DNA from: Azolla caroliniana | Lineage: Eukaryota; Plantae; Polypodiophyta | DNA length: 64,000 nt | Direction of reading: 5' to 3' | Assembly: GCA_043228905.1 (NCBI GenBank) | Contig: JBHGNT010000012.1 | Coordinates: 19,530,001 to 19,594,000 of the forward strand | In this document: positions 11,790 through 23,153 of the stretch, piece after piece | Numbering within the stretch: position 1 is the first letter of the stretch | Layout of the letters: every line of letters starts with the position of its first letter | Notes under the pieces: generated by a model | The model's database searches: none | Seen by the model: only the letters and a program-made list of their open reading frames with translations | Told to the model about the DNA's origin: nothing | Program-made: the position numbers and the translations under genes

Positions 11790-14600
11790 CTATTCTTCGT
11801 CCAAAATATCCAGAATGCTTTGTTCAAGAGTCTCCAATGGTTCATCTGGAATTTGTTGTTGTTGTGGTTGCTGCTGCTGTTGTTGCTGCTCCGTTGATGG
11901 CTGTTGCGACTGGTCCGTTGGTGGCTACTGCGGCTGCTCCTCCATTTGTTGCTCTGACACCGGCGTTACCGTCGTTGCTCCCTCCGTCGTAGTGGTCTCC
12001 GGTTGACTGGTTCCGGCCTGGCCCTCGTCCGACGACGGTTCCTCATCACTAAGGTTAACCGTTGCCGTTTCCCGTGCTTTTTCTTCCCGAACCCGGGACC
12101 GCTCGTAGCTCTCAAACTGGATTGGAGCGTCTAGCCTATCATCATCTAGCTGAGCTACGAGTTGCCGGACCTGCACCAGCTGTTCATCCGCCAGGACTTG
12201 GAAGTCTTCGGCCAGCTCGTCCCGTATAGCGGTGAAGTCCTCGGAAGTCAACGTGTAACAATCATCTCCTTCCTTCCGCCGGTTTTTCACGTCTGCCCGT
12301 AGCAATTGGAGTTCCGCCGTATTTTGTGCCCACTTTGTCCACCATCTTACGGAGCTTTCTTCAATCAAGCGTTTTGTCTGATTCAGCCATGACCGGAGGA
12401 TGCACTGAATCCGGCCCATTCCCATCTGCGATTTGATCTTCGCAGCTTGCCGTTCCTCCTTCAATTGCTTGATGATTTTGACGTTGTCGTCCGCCTGCTC
12501 CTTGTAATGCGTCAATTGCCCTTGATATATGCTTTGTAATTTTTGCAATACCGTTGACGCTCTCTCCCTTTCTTCTTGTTGCTGCCTCTGGAGCTCCATC
12601 CGGACCCTCTCTGCCTCGTCCAACCGTCTTGTATTTTCCATTCGTTCGTCGGCGAGTGCCGTCGCGGCCCGATCAACTTCCTGCCGGAGCTCGGCCATCC
12701 GTTCCTTATGCTCCGTTTCCAGCCGTTTGTAGTCCCGGTGCAGGTGCTCAAAATCATCTGTCTTTTGCTTGAGCCGTACGTTGATTTGTCGACGGGCCCG
12801 GTCCTCGCGGTCCTTCTGCTGGCGGAGCTCCTCTTTTAGCCGTTCAATTTCCGTTTCCGCCGTCTTCCGCAGCTTGTCCTTTTCCTGCAGCACTTTGTCT
12901 TTTTCCTCCCTTAGCCGGTCGTAAGCTTGATGGCCTTTCCGGAGGCTCTCCTCTACCCGGCGGAGGTTCTCAGCAGTCTTATTTAATTCTGCTTCGGCCG
13001 CTGTCTTCAATTCCCGTTCACGGCTGCTTAGCGCTTCTTGTGTGGCAAGTTCATCTCTCAATTCTGCAAGCTCCTGGGCTTGCACCGCATCTCTCTCTGG
13101 AACGGTTTCCGTTGCCGGGGTCTTATTAGTATGTACAGGTTGGTCTGTTTCTTTATTCTGTACAGTTACCAGAGTCACCGGTGATTGGATTTGTGTTGCC
13201 GTTAAGGCCATTTTGGCCATTTCTGTCGTGACCTGATCCTAGTCTTTTTCAAGGCACCGGATTCTAGACCGGGCCATCTCTAGTTGTTCGGTTGTGACGA
13301 GCAACCATTCGCTTTGCGCTCTTCCTTCCGCCTCAATATACCCCACTACTCCGGCAATCTGTTCGCCTATCCACCGGAGCCACAGGCTACCGGTGCATTG
13401 TTGTTGCGCTTGCACGGAGGTTTGACGGATGGGCTCGCTTGTGGGTGGGTGGTCCCGCCTAATAGCGCCGAGTTGCAATTCCATTTTTGCTCGTGGACCA
13501 CCCTGCTGTCCTGGTTCCCCTTGCGCTTCTTCTTGGTTGGCCGAGGGAGGCTACATTGACCTTTCCGGCTCTAGCGGAACGGGACTTGCTGGTGGTGCCG
13601 GTGGTGCCGGTGGTGCAGGGGCTTCTAATTACGGTGCCATGCGCACCGGTTCCGGTTCCTCCCTTGGCGTGGGAGTCTCAGTATGGGGAGTCGGTGTTCC
13701 CTCCGTCTGAGGGTCCGAACGTTTCCCTGTTGCCTCAACGGTCCTTGCCAACGACCGTCGCTGGAGGTGCTCCGTAGGCTCCTCCTCCATTTCCTCTTCC
13801 TGAGTCCCGGCATTGAGTTTCGCCGCCAAGGGGTCCGCTTCTCTATTCACCGGTCAGCGGAGTGTAATCTTTACGGGCCGTACCGGTGGTTCCTCTTGCG
13901 CATCCATTGGCCGCTTCCGGCTGGCGCTCTCCTTTCCCGCCTGTTCTGCGTCCGCCGCCTTCCCCTTAGTGGCCTTAGAGGCCAACAACTGTTGTCTTTT
14001 GGAAGCAGTCTTTGGTGTGCCGTCCGCCACTCTTCCCCGCTTCTTGGGTTGGACGGATTGGACGGGTGGCACAAGCAAGGTGAGCCACTGCGTTACTGCG
14101 TGCCATATCCTCCGTCCGTCTCGGCCTTCTTTGCCGTCTTTTCCTCTGACGATCTTGATCGCCGCACACAAACCGTCTACGATCAATACCGGCCAATCCA
14201 CCTTGATTCCTTCATAGGTGGCGATGATCATCCCTACCCGGTTCTGCAGCATGACAGGGGGTCTAGGGTAAACATGGCCGTATTCGTGGAGCACACGGGC
14301 AATCTCGCGGAACAGCATATCTCCGTTGCCTTGTGTCCGGTAGCCCTTGCTGGCTAGGGAGTACTCACCAAAATACTTGATGAGTTGCTCCGAGGTCGGA
14401 TTGTCGATCGTGAATATGCCTCCCTCCGGAAGGCCTGTTAACGCACGGATCGCCTCCTCCGTTATGACCTCTGTGTCGATTTCTTTGATTACCTTGTCGG
14501 CTTCTTTGTGTGGCGGTGCCTCCATAATCGTCAAGAAGCCCTCGAGCCCGTGTTGCTTTAGCCATTTCTTGGCGGCTTCCGACAGCGTTTGTGGGTCCAT
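11790..14600 (-). pseudogene. Extra sense ORF (~936 codons): N-terminal globular domain, Pro/Glu linker, long coiled coil, poly-Q tail
   Basis: ORFs 13854-14822, 13629-13850, 13239-13484 and 11925-13220 are in one frame, separated only by single stops at 13854, 13629, 13551, 13239 and 11925. Confidence 0.85.
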
Positions 14601-14966
14601 GTTTGTGTCGAGGTCGGATTGTGGTGGCGAGGTTGGATGGTGATGAAAGTGAGAGTGAGAGAGAGAGAGTTCAGAAAGCGGGGGTTCTCTGTGCGTAGGT
14701 TCTCGTCTCATGATCTGCCAACGCCTTGGTGCTTCTGTGCTCCTGGGTTCGTGAAATGAGAAGGTCTCCATGCGTTGTGGTTTCTCTCTGTGCATTCTGG
14801 CGCCTTTTTCGAGCGTGTGCACGTCGTGTCCTAAAATAGCATTATGTCCTGTGGCGGCACTTAAATGCCCACTACATACCTTTTCGTTCCTCGCTCTCTT
14901 GTCCGTTCATACCTCGCTTTTGCATGATTTTTTTTTTTTTTTTGTTTTTTAAAATGTAGTGTGAGG

Positions 14967-17900
14967 TTACTTGTCCGTTGGTCCTATCAAACCCTTACCG
15001 GCCTCATTACGGTTTGCCGTCGCCTCATTCTCCCTAGTTACCGGCTTGCCGTCTCCTCCGTCTTGGTGGTTGTCGTTTCCCTCACAAGTTGTCGTTTCCG
15101 CACCGGTTCCCAATCCGGTGTCGGTCCTTTGCTCAAATGGGTTCTTGGGCATCGGTCCTCTAGATGGCTTCAATCTGAATCCGTTGACCCATTTGCCTAG
15201 CACTTCACCGGCAAGTGTCCCTAACTGGTAGGACCCATTATACTCACGTGTCAGCCAATACGGGCTGGTCCATCTAAACCGTAGTTTACCCGGCATCTTG
15301 CCCATCCGGGTCTGAAATACTAACACCGGCTTGCCGATTTCGAACATTTTTTCATTTCCTTTCCTGTGCCGGTCGACAAATGCTTTCCGTTGCCGTTGTT
15401 CCAATTCTAAGGGCAGGATGCTTGCCAATCGTTGTTCCTCAAGTTCACACAGCGCTGTTAACCATATTGCCTCCGACTCCTTCTCATTCAGCCGTTCCCG
15501 TAGCTGGATCCGTAAGCTTGGTACTTGGAATTCCACTGGCATGACCGCCTCTAGTCCGAACGCTAACCGGAACGGTGTTGTTCGGATGCTCGTTTTGTAT
15601 GTTGTCCGGTATGCCCAAAGCGCGCTATGTAGCTCTATATCCCAATCCGTTCGGTTTTCGTTGACGATCTTCCGGAGGATATTCTGGAGCATTTTGTTCG
15701 TCGACTCAGCTAACCTGTTTGCTTGCGGATAGTACGGTGTGCTCCATTTATGGACAACAGCATAGAATGTCGTCAGGCTTTCAACTACTTGGCCGAGAAA
15801 GTGCCCCCCTTGGTCTCTTATTAATTCAATTGGGCATCCGTAACGGCACTAGATGTATTCGTATAGAAATTTTGTCGTTGACGCAGCGGTGTTGTCTCTT
15901 AAGGCTTTGGCCTCCACCCATTTCGTGCAGTAATCCGTCGTGACGATGACATACCGATTACCTGTTCTCATTGCCGGTGGTTTGAACGGTCCAACAACGT
16001 CCAGCCCCCACTTCTGGAATGGTTCGTGTGGTAGTACAGGCTAGTGTGGCATCCGAGCTTGCTCCGTTGGCTGGCCCATTCGCTGGCATAGGTCACATTC
16101 TTTTGCGTACCGTACAACATCTCTTAATGTAGTTGGCCACCATAGGCCACTTTGCCATATTTTCCTAGCCGTCGCATCTCCGACATAGTGACCTCCGGCA
16201 ACTCCGCAGTGGGCTTCCCTCAGTATGAGGTCCTTTTCATCGTTGCGCACAGCCCGTCTCCATATACTGTCCGCGCCCTTTTGGTAAAGTGTGAGCAGAA
16301 ATGTCGGCTTTGCACCGCCAGGAGTTTCCTTTCGTCCTGGCTCATCTCCTCCGAAGGCAGTCCTGTGCTCAGAAACTGGTGCATATTTGTGAGCCACTTG
16401 TCTTCCTATGCCACCGTTTCATCTGCTGCCGTTTCCGTAGTGACTCGAAACAACTCCGCATCCGGAAACTCGTCCGCTACTCCGGATTTTAATCGGCTTA
16501 AATAATCCGCTACGGCATGCTGTATACCGGGTCAATGGAATATTTCGAACTCGAATTCTTGTAACAGTAAGGTCCACCGGGCCAACTTACCGGTGAGTGA
16601 CGCCTTCGACACCAGGTAGAGGAGTGTCGAATGATCTACATGGAAGGAAAACTTCCTTCCCAATAAATAATGCCGAAACCTTGTCACACTGTAGATCATC
16701 CCTAGAGCTTCCCGTTCCGTGGTAGAGTAGTTCCGTTCCGCTTGGGATAGCTTTCGGCTGGCATAGTACACTGGTCGGTACCACTTTGGCTCCGTAAGCT
16801 GCATCAGTGCGCTTCCAATTGCGATGTCAGAGGCGTCCACGAACACATGAAATTCATTACTCCAATCCGGAGGCTGCACTATCGGTGCTTGCGACAATAA
16901 TACCTTGAAGGCCCTATACGCCCTATCCTCGGTGTCGGTCCACTGGAATGGTGTTCGATGTACCGCGGCATGCAACGGTGTAGCCAGGTCGGCCAAGTAT
17001 CGGAGCATCCGGCTGTGCCACCGTATCTGGCCTAAGAACCGGCTCAATGCCTTTGCCGTTGCCGACGCCGATGCTTCTAATATGGCTTTCACTTTGTCCG
17101 GGTCGATTGCAATGCCTTCCTTGCTCACAATATGTCCTAGTAGGGTTCCACTGGACACGCCAAATACACACTTCGCCGGATTCAAACTTAGCTGGTACGC
17201 TCTACAGTTTTCTAGACAAAGACGTCCCGGCTATAGACGGTGAAATTGTGAAGGAAAACCTACATAAAAGCCGGGATATATTCACCAAAGATTTCCATGA
17301 TGATTCGTTGGAATGTTGTCGATGCCGTTTTGAGTCCGAACATCATCACCACGGCCACAAACACCCCCCATTCGGTAACGAAAGCCGTTTTCTCTTGGTC
17401 GTCGGGGTGCATTCGGATCTGATTATACCCGTTGAATCCATCTAGAAAGCTATAGACCTCATGGCCGGCGACGGCATCCAACACTCCATCTGTGAACGGA
17501 AGTGGAAACGCATCCGTTACCGTAGCTGCAATGAGTTTCCGGTAGTCCACACAAAATCGAATTTTTCCGTTCTTCTTCGGTACGACCACGATTGGGCTCA
17601 ACCATGTCGCTTTCTTTACCGGACGGATAAAGCCAACTCTTAGCAGTTTGTCGATTTCCTCCTTGACTTTGGCGGCATAATTGGGATTCATCCGGTACCG
17701 TCTTTGTGCCACTGGTTTTGCGTCCTTGCTCAAGTGAATCTGATGTTGGTATAACTGAGGGTCGAGCCCTCGCATGTCTTCGTATGACCAGGCAAACATG
17801 TCGCGAAATTCCGTGAGAAGTGTGATCATCGCCGTTTTGTCTTCGGACCTCATCTCCTTGGCGATGTGCACCGGTTTTGCTTCAGCCTTGGTCCCTAGGT

Positions 17901-20796
17901 TCACCTCTTCAAGTTGCGACGCTTTTACGCGCTGTGAAACGGCCATTTCCCGTTCCAACGCTTCCTATGCTTGCCGTAACTCTCGGATTGCGTCCTTATC
18001 CGGTTCTGCTTCAGTCTCTTCCGGCTGCGGTAAGTATGGTGCTACTGCTTCGACAATGTCAATTTCGAAGAGGGGTACGATCTTCGGGTTTTCCTGCAAG
18101 TATTGAGCTTCTTCTTCGTCAGCTAACCCTTCTAGCATGTTGACACACTCTGCATACAAAGGTGTACATTCCTTGCCAGTGCTCGTCCTTGGCTGTGTTG
18201 GTACACGTACCTTGGCTTTTCCTCGCCGGAAGGTAATTATATTTTTCCTCCAATTCTGTTTGATATGTGCCGTTTTCAACCATGGCCGCCCCAGCAATAG
18301 CGGGTACGCGCCTTGTGCCTGCAATTGTAGCACTACTACCGAGATGTGAAATGTATGACCGCCAACGGTGACTTCTAATTTTCGTATTAATCCTATCGGC
18401 TGCACTGAGCTTGTATCGGCCATTCGTAACCAGAATGGACACGGCTCCCACTCGTGGATTCCCAGGGCATCACACGTTCGGAGGCTTATTACATTCACAT
18501 CGGAGCCTCTGTCTATTACTGTGCCGGGGAGTTCTTTCCCTTTTACAGTGGCAGTAATTACCGGACTGTTGGTGTCCACCACCGTTGGTCCCACCTCCGG
18601 ATTCGAGAAGAGTACCGATGCCAGTGATGATTCTCCTTCCGTCATGGCTGTCTTCAGTCCTTTCGTGAATCTCGGCACTAGTTGTAGGAGTCTTCCTAGT
18701 GGCAGCGTAATCTGGCATTCTTGCAACGCCTGCCATGTCTCGTTCTCGGAGTGACTGCCGCTGGCAAGCCCTACGGTGTTCTCCTTTTGCCACTCTACGT
18801 CTGTTACGTTTTGCTCGTTTCCTTTCTTCACCCATTCCGTCGCTTGCTTCCGGATGGTCTCCTACGTCTCCCATTCCTTGGCCATGCCCTTCGACCTTGT
18901 GGTCACCTGCTGCAGATATGCCACTTCAAGGACTACCATATTTACTGTCGGTCGTTTTTCATAGCTCTTCGTCGGGCATTGATTACTATAATGGCCTTCC
19001 TATCGGCAGTAGTAGCAGTAGGCTTTCCAGGTATTGCTGGATTCGGCATTGTTTGTTGTACCCGGGGCAGGTCCTGTGGTAAGCGCGGGGTTTTGGGCTG
19101 GTTGGCTGCTTGAAGCTCCTTGTTCCGGATCCCGTGGGTGGCCGCCTTTTTTGAAATGCCGTTTTTTGTTATAGTTCTTCTTATTGCGGTACTCTTGACG
19201 AGGTTGGTCGTTATATCTGCCGTATTCCTCCCGTTGTTGACGATACCCGGGGGAGTGCTCCCGGTCGTAATGTTCGTATCGTCTATTGTAATCCCGGTAC
19301 CGATCATATCTATCGTACTGATCGTAATTATCCCGCCGATCACCGTACCGGACATCCTATGCCGGTTGGTATCGGTCCATTCGCCGCCAGCATTCCTCTT
19401 CTTCATCCCGGCTGCTGCGTGGCTCTATTTGTCGGACGGGCGGTGCTTGCCGGTTCAACAGATTATACTCACACCTATCCGTCGTATTGCCCTTGGATTG
19501 ACAGATTACACATTGCGTCCTCATAGTGCATTCTAGTGCCGAGTGTCCGGAATTCAAGCAGGTTGTGCACTGTATTGCTTGCCGAAACCGGAGGTCTTCA
19601 TCGGACGGTAACGCCTGTTGGAGTGCTCCCAGTGTGAGCCAGGAGCTTGTCTTTTCCATCTCTCTCACCCGGTCAATGACCTGGTCGATGGTACTCGCGC
19701 GGAAGTCAATTACCGTGCAAACCGTGCGTAGGGGTTCCCGGAGCGCATTTAGGAATATAGTCCGTAATTCCTCCTCCGGGGGTGCACGGGCAAGCTTACT
19801 ATGCATCCATTGAAACCGGATGACAAACTGGGGAATGCTCTCCCCTTCCTCCTGTCGGATGGTATAAAACAAGCCCACCATTATTGTCTGGTCCACCTCC
19901 TTGTGGAAAAAATGCAAGAATTTAGCTTTTAAATCTGCAAAGGTGGTGATGGTAGATGGGTCCTGCATCCGGCGCCATCTTGTTGCCGGTCCCTCCAATG
20001 TGACGCCAAATTCCGCTATCTTAGAGCGTTCTTCTTCCTCCGGGGTCAATCTTTGGGACACATTGTTTTCTTCCCATGTCTGTTCAAAGGCGTGAACATG
20101 AGCTTCCGCGTCCGGATCATCTCTATACTTGGAGTACTGGAACGGCATGTCGTCATTCGGTATCGGTGCGCCGGATGGTGGTGTTGGTGGTCGTTCCTGG
20201 TTTTTCTCCGGCGTCGGTGGTCTTTCCTCTTCTTTTGGTGACGGAGGCCCCTCATCCTCGACTTCCGGTGTTGGAGGTCGCTCTTCCTCTGCTTCTAGTT
20301 CCGGAGGTTCCAGCCTTAGCACTTCCGGTTCCGGTGTCGCTAAGGTGTCTGATCCTTCGTCCTCCCGTCCGCCCGGGGTGTCGTTGCTGCTACGGTAGTT
20401 CGTGTGCACGTTGTATCCCCCTTCAGAATCCGATTCATACGCTGAAAAGGCTTTTGCTTCGCCTTCTCCGCTTGCCAATGCCTGGAGAAGGGATTCGGTT
20501 TCCCGAAGGCTGCTTAGGCTGTTGCCGTCGTCCGGGTGCGATGTTTGCTGTAACCAGAGGGACTCCTTCGCTACTCTCCGGATTACGTTGGAAAATGAGC
20601 GATCCGCTCTAATTTCCTGCGCCGCTTGCTGGAAAGCCTCACATCTCCTTTGCCTTTCGGCAAGGTGTCGAGTTCGATCTGTAACCAGGTCGTGCGTTGA
20701 TCTAGTCTTCCATTCATGCCGTCGTTCGCTGCAAAAACAGGAATCGTGGTCGCCAAATTCTGTGTTAACTCTTAGGGCCGGACAATGGCCTAACAC
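14967..20796 (-). pseudogene. Gypsy gag-pol (degenerate)
   Basis: Gag with Cys/His knuckles, protease VIDRGSDVNVI, RT WLSPIVVVPKKNG..CVDYRKL..FLDGFNGYNQI with the catalytic motif decayed to FLHNF, RNase H VFVDASD..NYSTTEREAL, integrase HHCC and GKLRFRW. ORFs 20796 to 17260 share one frame with in-frame stops; later frameshifts and deletions. Confidence 0.95.
20746..20755 (-). promoter_or_regulatory. Primer-binding site, probably tRNA-Arg(UCG)
   Basis: TGGCGACCAC, 7 nt inside the 5' LTR; complements the recalled tRNA-Arg end ..GTGGTCGCCA. Confidence 0.65.
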
Positions 20797-21197
20797 AGGG
20801 TGTCTACGGAAGACACTTCACCAAAGGGGTGTTACGGGAAGAGGATTAGGCTCAATGATTAATCCGACTTAATTAGGTCACTTAGCAAGATCATCCTTAA
20901 TAATCACATGCGTAAGATATAACAATGAATGCAGAACGGCAATTAACACAGAGAGATAAAAACACTAAGCTTCATTAATTATCCGCTCCTCATTACATTG
21001 TATCCGGGCCTTTAAATAGGTTTCCGGTTTGTAGTACAAAACGGTGCCATCCGCACTTGTTCGGGATCGGTCCGGATCCGGAACGGCATACCGATTCCGG
21101 TCCGTCCGTCCACACTAATAGCTTACTTACAACCATTCCTTAATAATTAAATAACTCCTTCGTTTCACACTCTGGACTCCTTTGTCGGCCGGTAACA
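20763..21197 (-). repeat. 5' LTR of the Gypsy
   Basis: Direct repeat of 11300-11734; TATA-like CCTATTTAAAGG on the minus strand. Confidence 0.96.
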
Positions 21198-21769
21198 GGA
21201 GGTTCGACTGAACCTAATATCAGCCGGTCGGCTAGATGATGAAGGCTACATGGGTAGCATCCAGAATGGAGTCATGAAATTAAGCAAAGGGAGCCTGATA
21301 GTGGCTCGGGCCCGGAAGGTCAACACATTGTACCTGATGAATGCCCGGTTATGCTCGAAAGAAGTGAACGTGGCTTCTGACACTGCTGGTGAGTTGTGGC
21401 ACAAGAGACTGTCACATGAGCGTGAAGGGGATGAAGAGGCTTGCCAATGACAACCTCATTCCGGTGAAGAATGTGCATCTTGAGAGGTGCACCGACTACC
21501 TAGCCGATAAACAAAACCGGACCTCCTTCCAATCAAGGCCACCGATGAGACGTAATGCACCATTGGAGTTGGTGCATACCGATGTGTGTCAAGTGGACAC
21601 GAAGTCCCATGCCGCAGCGCAGTACTTCGTGACGTTCATAGATGACCACAACAGGAGGTTGTGGGACACACCGTTGAAGACGAAGGATCAGGTGTTATCC
21701 GTCTTCAAGGAGCTCCATGCAAGAGTGGAAAGAGAAACCGGACGGAAGCTGAAGGCGATTCGAGCAGAG

Positions 21770-22001
21770 TCTCGATGTAGTCAACAAGATAATGAAATGA
21801 GGGTAGCTAGGCCTCTATTTATAGCGATACCCAAGGCCCCCAACCATGTTCACACTTGGCCTAATGGGTTGTCTCAATCCCGAGGATTAAAAGTAATCCT
21901 TCCCTTCTTTACACTCTCGTTTAACCCTCACACTTATCCACGTGTATAGAATACTACGGTAAATTCTCACCACGGGATATTATATGTTCATGCCCGTAAC
22001 A
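21770..22001 (-). repeat. LTR 5' fragment of another element
   Basis: Minus strand starts TGTTACGGGCATG and contains GCTATAAATAG; abuts the inverted integrase segment. Confidence 0.6.
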
Positions 22002-22471
22002 TCCGTCTTTAGCTTTCGGCAACCGGCTCCTCTATTTGTTCTTCATCCGAATCCGATTCGGGGTCTTGGCCGGTTCCGGTTTCAGCTTGCTCTACTTCTT
22101 CTTTTGCCGGTTCGGTATCCTCATCGTAACCAGCTGGTTCCTCGAGTGTCAACCGGCTCTCAGCCGGGTGGGTCCGAATCTCATCGGAGTTAATTATCTT
22201 CTTCTTCGACTCCCAGTCAGCAAGAGTCTTGTCCTCCATGAAGATAATATCTCAGCTCCGGAAAACCTTCTTGTGAACCGGATCCCACACTCGGTAGTTG
22301 AACTCATCATCGTTGTATCCGAGGAATATGCATGGCTGGGTCTTTGGATCCAACTTTCCTCTCCGGTCCTTAGCAACATGCACGTAAGCGAGACACCCGA
22401 ACACCTTCAAATGCCGGTAGGACACTTCCTTACTGGTCCACACCTTTTGCGGTGAGTCTCCATCCAAGGGC

Positions 22472-22866
22472 ATTAAGGGTGATCTGTTTATCACATATGT
22501 CGCCGTCGACAGCGCCTTAGCCCAAAATGTCATGGGTAGTTTAGCATGTGCTAGCATACTCCGAACCCTCTCCATTATGGTCCGGTTCATCCTCTCGGCT
22601 AGCCCGTTTAGTTCCGGCGTCTTCGGCATGGTAAATTCCAACTGTATTCCCTCTCGAATCCCGTTTGAGGAGTACTGCCGCTCGAAGGGAATGCAGTTGG
22701 AATTTACCGTGCCGAAGACGCCGGAACTAAACGGGCTAGCCGAGAGGATGAACCGGACCATAATGGAGAGGGTCCGGAGTATGCTAGCACATGCTAAACT
22801 ACCCAAGACATTTTGGGCTAAGGCGCTGTCGACAGCGACATATGTGATAAACAGATCACCCTTAAT
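22472..22866. repeat. Long inverted repeat: 181-bp arms (22472-22652 and 22686-22866), 33-bp spacer, made of Copia integrase sequence
   Basis: The arms are reverse complements with about 5 mismatches; both strands encode TPELNGLAERMNRTIMERVRSMLAHAKLP. Confidence 0.95.
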
Positions 22867-23065
22867 TAGTACATTGTGCATGATTAGTACTACTTGTGTA
22901 TATTGTGCATGATTAGTACTACTTGTGTATATTGTGCATGATTAGTACTAATCGTGTAAATTGGGAACTAAGTGAGCAGTACAGTGTTCCTTATTAGTAC
23001 TAGTTCAGTAATTTAGGAACTATGTGAGTAGTACATTGTTCATGATTGGTACATTGTGTAAAATG
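22865..23065 (+). repeat. ATTAGTAC-cored ~29-bp degenerate tandem repeat
   Basis: GATTAGTACTACTTGTGTATATTGTGCAT repeated, then decaying. Confidence 0.8.
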
Positions 23066-23153
23066 GGAAGCAGCTCTTGTGACCTACATTATATATTTTA
23101 GATGATGGTACTAACATTCAAGGTTTTTTTGTTTCTTGCAATGAATGTTGTAG

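Larger units (their letters stand above)
11300..21197 (-). mobile_element. Structurally complete non-chromovirus Ty3/Gypsy retrotransposon with an extra 3' ORF; TSD GGAGG
   Basis: 435-bp direct LTRs with TG...CA ends and about 10 differences; GGAGG at 11295-11299 and 21198-21202; gag-PR-RT-RH-INT order on the minus strand. Confidence 0.97.
9388..22866 (+). mobile_element. Tnt1/Tork-like Copia (LTR 9388-~10157, gag-PR 10186-11299, integrase resumes at 21203), split by the nested Gypsy and rearranged at its 3' end
   Basis: LTR starts TGTTAGGA; degenerate PBS TGGTATAAGAGC at 10158; NYSVWKSKM, CFYCGKLGHFQKNC, WVVNSGASFH. DVRHVPE|VRLNLISAGRLDDEGY is continuous across the insertion; LVHTDVC; TPELNGLAERMNRTIME. 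Confidence 0.9.

Noticed and set aside
11790-14600. Retroviral env gene
   Set aside because: No signal peptide or transmembrane helix is evident; the sequence is charged and coiled-coil-like.
22252-22912. Two novel overlapping ORFs (22252-22881 minus, 22532-22912 plus)
   Set aside because: Artefacts of reading through the inverted repeat; each is half antisense, half integrase.
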